Under the pieces are notes generated by a model. It did not search any database, was not told the origin of the DNA, and was given only the letters and a program-made list of their open reading frames with translations. Positions 7,210-13,490 of a DNA stretch of 32,000 nucleotides are shown in pieces (the stretch's first letter is position 1; every line of letters begins with the position of its first letter). The DNA lies in assembly GCF_000023965.1 (NCBI RefSeq), contig NC_013202.1, positions 2,010,001 to 2,042,000 on the forward strand, in the 5' to 3' direction. Both the position numbers and the translations under genes were made by a program. Source of the stretch: Halomicrobium mukohataei DSM 12286. Lineage in GTDB: Archaea; Halobacteriota; Halobacteria; Halobacteriales; Haloarculaceae.

Positions 7210-10014
7210 GTGCAATTACGCGGCGTCGCGGTCGAGGTGGGCGACGAGCAGACCGTCAACACGCAGTACGGCGAGAGCGATCTCTGTGAGGTGACGGTTC
7301 GGCCCGACGACGGGCGCGGCGAGCCCGTCACCGTCACGCTGTGGGGCAAGTGGACCGAGACCGGCGCGGTGCTCGAACCCGGCATGAGCGTCGCCGTCTA
7401 CGACGCCGAACCGCGCGAGTACCGAGGCGAGACCCAGTACTCCGTGGGCAGCGACGCACGGATCGTCGTCGAACCGGACTTTCTGGTCGACGTGACCGAC
7501 GTTCGCTCGTGGGTCCAGTGCCCGCGGATGTACTACCTCAACAAGCTCTCGGGGACCCCTCAGGCCTACCCGGTCGTCAAGGGGACTATCGTCCACGAGG
7601 TCTTCGGCGATCTGCTCCGGGGCCGGGACGTGGCGGAGGCGGTAGCGGCCCACGTCGAGGACGCCGGACTCGATCTCGGGCTGCTCGGCCGCGACGCCGA
7701 CGAGGTCGCCGCCGACGTTCGCGACCACGCCGAGGCAATCGAGGGGTGGCTCCAGCAGGGAACCCTGACCGAAGAAGACGAGTGGCGATCCGAGATGACG
7801 CTCATCTCCTCGCGCTACGGCATCAAGGGGCGGGCCGACGCCGTCCGGCGCGGGATGCCGGTCGAGCTCAAGACCGGGAAGAACACCCGCAGAGAGCCCC
7901 GCTTTCAGGACAAGATCCAGGCGGCCTGCTACGCGTTGCTCCTCGGCGAGCGCCGCGAGGAAGCGCCCGACACCGGCACGCTGCTGTACACCAAGAACGC
8001 CGCCGTCGAGCGGACCGAGGAGTCCGGCGATCTCTCGCCGGCCAAGGAGTTCTCGATCAACGACGGCCTGCTGAACTTCGTCGTCCGAACGCGCAACGAG
8101 ATCGCGGCCATGGAGTACGACGCGAGCGTCCCGACGGGCTACGAGGCCGACGCAAAGTGTGAGTACTGTTTCGAACAAGACACCTGTATGGCGGTCTCCG
8201 GGCGACTGGACCAGGAGTCCAAGGCCGGCCAGGTCGGAACCGCCATCCCCGAGCAAGAGCGCGAGTACTTCGACCGGTTCTACCGGGCGATCGAGGCCGA
8301 GCGCCGGGCCGTCCACCGCGAGTACGCCAAGCTGTGGGACCAGCGCCCAGAACAGCGGGCCGACGACGACCGCGCCCTGATCGACCTCGAACCGACGGGC
8401 GAGCGCCGACTCGACGGCGGCCGCTGGGAGCTGCGAGCCCGCGGCACGGGTGCGGTCTCGAAGATCCGCGAAGGGGACATCGCGCTCGCCAGCGACGGCG
8501 ACCCGATCGACGGCGACGCCGAACTCGCTCGCGTCGAGCGGCTGGGTAGCGAGACGCGCGAGGAGCGAAGCGACGAGGGGGTCTCGGAGACGCGAGCGGG
8601 AGCGAAGCGACACGCGAGCCGTGCGGACGAGCACAGCGAGTCCGCAGACGGTGCGAGCGGTGAAACCGCGAGCAGCGGCGACGATTCGACCCGCGGTGAG
8701 ATCGTCGTCACGACCGACGAGCCGGTCGAACTGCGTCGCCTGGACGTGTACCCCTCCGAGATCGGCACGGATCGGATGTTGACGGCGCTCCACGACGCCC
8801 TGCTCACCCAGCCGCCCGAACAGAAGGACGTGCTCTTCGACCGGCGCGAGCCCGCGTTCCGATCGATCGACGAGACGTTCATCGACAACAACGACGCCCA
8901 GAACGAGGCGGTCCGGCTCGCCGTCGGAGCCGACGACTGCGCGCTCGTCCACGGGCCGCCGGGAACGGGCAAGACCTACACGCTCGCCCGGATCGTCCGT
9001 GCGCTGGTGGCACGGGGCGACCGGGTGTTGCTCTCGGCGTTCACCAACCGCGCCGTGGACAACTGCATCGAGGCCCTCGAAGAGCAGGGCTTTACCGACA
9101 TCGTCCGGCTGGGCACCGAGAGCGGCGTCCGAGAGGACATGCAGCAGTACCGCCTGGAGACGGCCGGCGATCCCGACGACTGCGTCGGCCGGCTGGAGGA
9201 CGCGAGCGTCGTCGCGGCGACGACGGCCTCCTGTGGCTCCCGGGTCGCCAAGACCCAGTCGTTCGACGTGGCGATCGTCGACGAGGCCGGCCAGCTCACG
9301 GAGCCGGGGACGCTGGCCGCCACGACGCTGGCCGACCGGTTCGTCCTCGTCGGCGACCACCAGCAGCTCCCGCCGGTGGTCCAGAGCGAGGACGAGACGC
9401 TCTCGCGGTCGCTGTTCGAGCGACTCATCGAGGCCTATCCCGACGCAAGCGTCCTGCTCGACCGTCAGTACCGGATGGCCCAGCAGATCCAGGCGTTCGC
9501 CTCGCGGGAGTTCTACGACGGCCAGCTCCGGCCGGCCACCGGCGAGGTGGCGGCCCAGCGGATCGCGGACCTGGACGGCGTCACGCTCGACGCGCTCCCG
9601 GAGACGCTGCGTGACGGCGTCAACTTCGTCGATCCCGACGGGCACGTCGACGGCAACACGAACCCGGCGGAGGCGAGGGCGGTCGCCGACGTGGTCGATG
9701 CCTACCTCGCTGCCGGGATCGAGAGCGAGGCCGTCGGCGTGATCGCACCCTACCGTGCGCAGGTCGCAGAGATCGACAAACACGTCCCCGAGGGGGTCAC
9801 CGTCGACACGGTCGATCGCTTCCAGGGATCGAGCAAGGAGGTCATCGTCGTCTCCTTCGTCGCCACGGGGTCGCTCGACGGCCCGATCTTCGAGGACTAC
9901 CGCCGCATCAACGTCGCCCTGACGCGAGCGAAGAAGGCGCTCGTGCTGGTCGGCGACGAACGCGCGCTCTCGACGGACGAACTGTACGAACGGATGGTCG
10001 AGTGGGCTCGCTGA
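7210..10014 (+). CDS. Dna2-like fusion protein: N-terminal OB-fold, Cas4/RecB-type PD-(D/E)XK nuclease with a 4-Cys Fe-S cluster, C-terminal SF1B (Dna2/Upf1-type) helicase
   Basis: GTG start at 7210. The OB-like N-terminus is VEVGDEQTVNTQYGESDLCEVTVRPDDGRGEPVTVTLWGKW. Nuclease signatures are WVQCPRMYYLNKL, IKGRADAV...PVELKTGK, QAACYALLL and CEYCFEQDTC (Cys pattern C...CxxCx5C). Helicase signatures are VHGPPGTGKTYT (Walker A), IVDEAGQ (Walker B), VLVGDHQQLPP, DRFQGSSKEVIVVSF and INVALTRAKKALVLVGD. Confidence 0.9.
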   Translation: MQLRGVAVEVGDEQTVNTQYGESDLCEVTVRPDDGRGEPVTVTLWGKWTETGAVLEPGMSVAVYDAEPREYRGETQYSVGSDARIVVEPDFLVDVTDVRSWVQCPRMYYLNKLSGTPQAYPVVKGTIVHEVFGDLLRGRDVAEAVAAHVEDAGLDLGLLGRDADEVAADVRDHAEAIEGWLQQGTLTEEDEWRSEMTLISSRYGIKGRADAVRRGMPVELKTGKNTRREPRFQDKIQAACYALLLGERREEAPDTGTLLYTKNAAVERTEESGDLSPAKEFSINDGLLNFVVRTRNEIAAMEYDASVPTGYEADAKCEYCFEQDTCMAVSGRLDQESKAGQVGTAIPEQEREYFDRFYRAIEAERRAVHREYAKLWDQRPEQRADDDRALIDLEPTGERRLDGGRWELRARGTGAVSKIREGDIALASDGDPIDGDAELARVERLGSETREERSDEGVSETRAGAKRHASRADEHSESADGASGETASSGDDSTRGEIVVTTDEPVELRRLDVYPSEIGTDRMLTALHDALLTQPPEQKDVLFDRREPAFRSIDETFIDNNDAQNEAVRLAVGADDCALVHGPPGTGKTYTLARIVRALVARGDRVLLSAFTNRAVDNCIEALEEQGFTDIVRLGTESGVREDMQQYRLETAGDPDDCVGRLEDASVVAATTASCGSRVAKTQSFDVAIVDEAGQLTEPGTLAATTLADRFVLVGDHQQLPPVVQSEDETLSRSLFERLIEAYPDASVLLDRQYRMAQQIQAFASREFYDGQLRPATGEVAAQRIADLDGVTLDALPETLRDGVNFVDPDGHVDGNTNPAEARAVADVVDAYLAAGIESEAVGVIAPYRAQVAEIDKHVPEGVTVDTVDRFQGSSKEVIVVSFVATGSLDGPIFEDYRRINVALTRAKKALVLVGDERALSTDELYERMVEWAR
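8551..8611 (+). repeat. imperfect direct DNA repeat inside the low-complexity linker of the Dna2-like gene
   Basis: Copy 1 is gagacgcgcgaggagcgaagcgac (8551-8574) and copy 2 is gagacgcgagcgggagcgaagcgac (8587-8611). They share an identical 8-nt prefix and a 13-nt suffix (ggagcgaagcgac). A 1-nt indel means the two copies are read in different frames (ETREERSD versus ETRAGAKRH). Confidence 0.7.
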
Positions 10015-10041
10015 CGGCCCTGGCACCGACGCCTGCGGGGC

Positions 10042-10179
10042 TCAGTCCGTCACGCGCTTGATTCGGTTCATCCGACACACCGGACAACAGACGGCCGTCT
10101 CGCGCTGTGGGATACTGAACCGCACCCCGCAGGTCCGACACCGGTACGTGGCCACGCGCCCCTCAGAGAGCTTCGCCAT
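10042..10179 (-). CDS. small zinc-ribbon protein (45 aa, two CxxC knuckles)
   Basis: Track ORF 10042..10239 trimmed to the internal ATG at 10179. Product: MAKLSEGRVATYRCRTCGVRFSIPQRETAVCCPVCRMNRIKRVTD. CRTC and CPVC are spaced about 17 residues apart, as in zinc ribbons. Small CPxCG-type zinc-finger proteins are abundant in haloarchaea. Confidence 0.6.
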   Translation of the reverse strand: MAKLSEGRVATYRCRTCGVRFSIPQRETAVCCPVCRMNRIKRVTD

Positions 10180-10380
10180 CGCCCTCGATTGGTCGCCAGA
10201 TAGCCGTGATCGGTCCTGGAACGACCGATTCGGGATCATTCATTGTGCTCACGTTCGGTCGTCGGTTCGGCGGGGCGCGTTGTAGCCGTTGTTTCCAGTT
10301 CGATGGGTCTACCCCTCTCTGGGCCACAGTCGGTTCTCAGAGGCGTTCGATTTAACTGCCGATGTGACGACTCCTCGTCC

Positions 10381-11217
10381 GTGATTCGACTCACTGCACT
10401 GTCCCGGTCGATCTGGGAGGCGACGCCGGGGTGGCTGATCGAACCGGCGGCCGTCGTCACGGCCTTCGGGGGTGCGACGGCGCTGCTGTTCGTCCTCTCG
10501 TTGCTCTACTGGCTCGACGAGCGGCGCTCGACGGCCACGGTCGTGAGCTACGCCTTCGTCGCACTGGCGGTCGTGATCCTCCTGAAGGCCGCGATCGGCG
10601 TGGGGCGACCGCCGGCCTCGGTCCGCTCCATCCCGCTGGCCAACGACCCCTACGGCTTTCCCAGCGGCCACGCGGTCGCGGCGGTCGTCGTCTACGGGGG
10701 CCTCGCGACCGTCCGGGACCGTCTCGACGACGCACGCGTCGTCGCCGCTGTCGCCCTCGCCGTGACACTCGTCGCGCTCTCGCGGGTGGTCCTCGGGCTG
10801 CACTACCTGGGTGACGTGCTCGTCGGCGCGGCGCTCGGAGCCGTCGTCCTGGGGGCCTGCTGGCGGTTCGTCGGCCGGCGTCCGGGACGGGGCTTCCTCG
10901 TGGCCGGCGTGGTGGCCGTCGGTGCCGTACTGGTCACCGGCGGCAGCTCCGAGTCGATCCTCGCGTTCGGTGGCAGCGCCGGTGGGGCGGTGGGGAGCCG
11001 CTGGATCGACGCCGCGAGCGGACTCCGATCTCGCCTCGACGGCGCGATCCTCGCGGCGGTGGGCGTCCCGTACGCACTGGTGCTCGATCGGGCCGGCGAG
11101 GCGGTCGCGCCGCCGCTGGCGGCCGTCGTCTACGCCGCGCTCGTCGCCGGCATCCTCCTCTTGCCGGTCGCCGTCGACCGACTCCCGCTCTCGGCCGACC
11201 GGACCGCTGGTGCCTGA
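10381..11217 (+). CDS. PAP2-family (type-2 phosphatidic acid phosphatase-like) membrane phosphatase
   Basis: All three PAP2 signature motifs are present: KAAIGVGRPP (KxxxxxxRP), FPSGHAVAA (PSGH) and SRVVLGLHYLGDVLVG (SRxxxxxHxxxD). The product has multiple TM helices. The start is uncertain: I chose in-frame GTG 10381 (VIRLTALSRSIWE...), but ATG 10303 and the track start 10243 are also in frame. Confidence 0.85.
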   Translation: MIRLTALSRSIWEATPGWLIEPAAVVTAFGGATALLFVLSLLYWLDERRSTATVVSYAFVALAVVILLKAAIGVGRPPASVRSIPLANDPYGFPSGHAVAAVVVYGGLATVRDRLDDARVVAAVALAVTLVALSRVVLGLHYLGDVLVGAALGAVVLGACWRFVGRRPGRGFLVAGVVAVGAVLVTGGSSESILAFGGSAGGAVGSRWIDAASGLRSRLDGAILAAVGVPYALVLDRAGEAVAPPLAAVVYAALVAGILLLPVAVDRLPLSADRTAGA

Positions 11218-11263
11218 TCGACTCGACGGCCGACCGCGGGCGATGTCGAACGCGTTCGCCGTG

Positions 11264-12913
11264 CTACGGCTCGCGAGCGGACGATTCGGTCGGATCGGGC
11301 GTACCCGCATCGACGGCCCCGTCCGGAGCGTCGGCCTCGTCGAGCAGCGCCGTCAGTCCCTGCCGTCGATCGCCCCGTTCGCCGGCCCGGAGGTCGGCCA
11401 TCAGGCGCTCGCGGAGCGTCTCGTGGACTGTTCGGGCGCGCTGGTCGTCGAGGTCGTGTGCCGTCGCGTCCCCGCCCAGCAGGCTCGCCGTGCTGGCGGT
11501 GTCGGCGGTCACGCTGGCCAGCGAGAGGCGACGCTGGAACACCGTTCGCGTGTCGATCACGGTCTGGACGCGGTAGTACGGCACCAGCCGGGTCGACCGC
11601 ACGAGGACGCCGCTCCGGGTGGCAAAGAGGTGGTCGAGCAGCGCGAACCCGCGGTGCTTCCAGCTCAGGTGACCGGCCAGTGCCGTGACCGGGAGCAGCG
11701 CCAGCGGCGCGTACCAGTAGGGGACCGTCTGGACCAGCGTGTCGACGGAAAGCAACAGCCCCGTCGCCACGACCGGGAGCAGCGAGTAGCGGACGGCGTA
11801 GCGTCGGCGCGACCTGTCGGGGAGTCGCTCCATCGCCGGAACGTCGGCGTCGGTCAGCGCCTCGGCGACGGCCAGCACCGTCTCGCGATCGTCCAGCGGA
11901 ATCGCCGTGTTGCTCGCGTCCTGACTCCCAGAACCCGGCGCGTAGCCGGCCGTCTCGACGGCCAGAGCGGCGTATCCCACCTGTCGCATCAGTAGGTTCT
12001 CTCGGACGGTGACCGTCTGGACCTTCTCCAGCGGGATCGAGCCGCTGTACTGCTGGATCAGTCCGCGCTCGTATCGCAGGTCGTCCCCGACGTAGTCGAG
12101 GTGAAAGCCGTAGTACTCCGTGATCGTGAACGCGGCACTCAGGAGCCAGGCCGCGAGTGCGAACAGCGCCGCGGCGACGCCGACGGTCAACAGCGTCTCT
12201 CCCGTCGAGTAGGTCGGGAGCCCCGACAGCGAGACCGTCGACGGGCCGCCCAGTGTCTCGACGGTCGCCGAGAGCAGTCGGAGCGCGTACTCCTGTGCGA
12301 ACGGGACTCCGAAGAGAACCACCGCGGGGGCTGCGGGCCGGAACGAGACGAGCGCGAGCGTCAGCAGATCTCTGGTCGAGAGCTCGTAGATCCGGCGCTG
12401 TCCTGGCCCTGTCGGCTCTCGGGCCACTGTGTCGTGTGCTGGCTCGTCCTCGTCGCTTGCCGTCTCGTCGCCCTCTCGTCGGTACTGAGCGACGGCCGAC
12501 TGGAGCGCTCTGGCCTCGTCGACGTCGACGGCGTTCAGGACCGCCTCCGTCGCGCTCCCACCGGCCGTCTCGAACTTCACGACGGCGAGGCCGAAGAGCC
12601 GCTGGACGGGGCCGCGCTCGATGTCGACGTTCTGGATCCGTCCCAGCGGAATCTCCCGTTCCTGTCGGTCGAAGACGCCGGAGTCGACCGACAGCGTGCC
12701 CCCCGCGAGTGCGTAGGTAAAGCGGTAGTACCGCGCCACGGCGTAGGCCGCCCCGACGAGGGCACCGACGGGTGCGAGGACGAACACCGCTTCGAGCGGG
12801 AGCACGTCCAGTGGACCCGTGAGCATCATACCGGCGAAGAAGCCGATGCTCCCGAGCCGGACGACGCCGGTGACGACGCTACCGACGGCGCTGATCGGGT
12901 GGAGACGGTTCAT
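11264..12913 (-). CDS. YdbT-like membrane protein with three bPH_2 (bacterial PH, DUF304) domains
   Basis: Track ORF 11264..13417 trimmed to ATG 12913 (MNRLHPISAVGS...). Three repeats of TM hairpin plus PH signature are visible: GRIQNVDIERGPVQRLFGLAVVKFETAG, LEKVQTVTVRENLLMRQVGYAALAVETAG and YYRVQTVIDTRTVFQRRLSLASVTADTAS. Its ATG overlaps the upstream gene's stop (ATGA at 12910-12913). Confidence 0.85.
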   Translation of the reverse strand: MNRLHPISAVGSVVTGVVRLGSIGFFAGMMLTGPLDVLPLEAVFVLAPVGALVGAAYAVARYYRFTYALAGGTLSVDSGVFDRQEREIPLGRIQNVDIERGPVQRLFGLAVVKFETAGGSATEAVLNAVDVDEARALQSAVAQYRREGDETASDEDEPAHDTVAREPTGPGQRRIYELSTRDLLTLALVSFRPAAPAVVLFGVPFAQEYALRLLSATVETLGGPSTVSLSGLPTYSTGETLLTVGVAAALFALAAWLLSAAFTITEYYGFHLDYVGDDLRYERGLIQQYSGSIPLEKVQTVTVRENLLMRQVGYAALAVETAGYAPGSGSQDASNTAIPLDDRETVLAVAEALTDADVPAMERLPDRSRRRYAVRYSLLPVVATGLLLSVDTLVQTVPYWYAPLALLPVTALAGHLSWKHRGFALLDHLFATRSGVLVRSTRLVPYYRVQTVIDTRTVFQRRLSLASVTADTASTASLLGGDATAHDLDDQRARTVHETLRERLMADLRAGERGDRRQGLTALLDEADAPDGAVDAGTPDPTESSAREP

Positions 12914-13371
12914 ACGGCGTCGGTGGCCTCGCTCTCGGCGGCGAGCTCGCGCAGTTGCTCGCGCAGTTCGGTCGCTCGCTCCGGACGCAGCCCCGGAATG
13001 CGGATGTCGGCACCCCGCGTTCCGGCAGTGTAGACGACGACGCTGGAGAGACCGACGAGGCGCTCGACCGGTCCGCGCTGGGTGTCGGTGTGCTGGAGCC
13101 GGACGTAGGGGACCGAGGTGTCGACCTGCGTCACGACTCCACGGACCAGAAAGAGCGCGTCGTCCTGAATCTCGAAGCGCCAGCGTCGAAACCTGAGGAC
13201 GGCGTGGACGGTCCCGAGAACGGCCGCCACGACGACGACGGCGGCGATCAGCGGCGGGTCGACCGGAATCGCAAAGCGGTCGATCGCGACGGCGACGCCC
13301 GCAAGCAGCGCCGCGACCACGACCGCCCGCCCGATCCACAGCAGTTGCACGCGGGAGTTGAGCCTCTCCAT
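12910..13371 (-). CDS. YdbS-like membrane protein with a single bPH_2 domain
   Basis: Track ORF 12910..14271 trimmed to ATG 13371 (MERLNSRVQLLWIGRAVVVAALLAGVAVAI...). Has a TM hairpin followed by VPYVRLQHTDTQRGPVERLVGLSSVVVYTAG. Translationally coupled to the three-domain paralogue downstream, the same pairing as B. subtilis ydbS-ydbT. Confidence 0.85.
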   Translation of the reverse strand: MERLNSRVQLLWIGRAVVVAALLAGVAVAIDRFAIPVDPPLIAAVVVVAAVLGTVHAVLRFRRWRFEIQDDALFLVRGVVTQVDTSVPYVRLQHTDTQRGPVERLVGLSSVVVYTAGTRGADIRIPGLRPERATELREQLRELAAESEATDAV

Positions 13372-13490
13372 GCGCGATTTCCGGGGCGGCGCGGTGAAAA
13401 GGGTTGGTGTGGTCCACTCTCGCTCGGCGTCGTCCCGCTCACTGACGGCGGCGTTGCCGACGGTGGAGTGCTGTCGTGTCGTGGCCGGTA

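Noticed and set aside
7216-10026. 936-aa minus-strand ORF mirroring the Dna2-like gene
   Set aside because: It is antisense to a gene with complete nuclease and helicase motifs, and its own translation is low-complexity (R/D/G/V/L-rich) with no recognisable motif. This is the classic high-GC shadow ORF.
10243-10380. Upstream part of the PAP2 ORF
   Set aside because: It is Cys/Ser/Arg-rich, non-hydrophobic sequence that overlaps the promoter region of the divergent zinc-ribbon gene. The PAP2 homology and first TM start after GTG 10381. The start remains uncertain.
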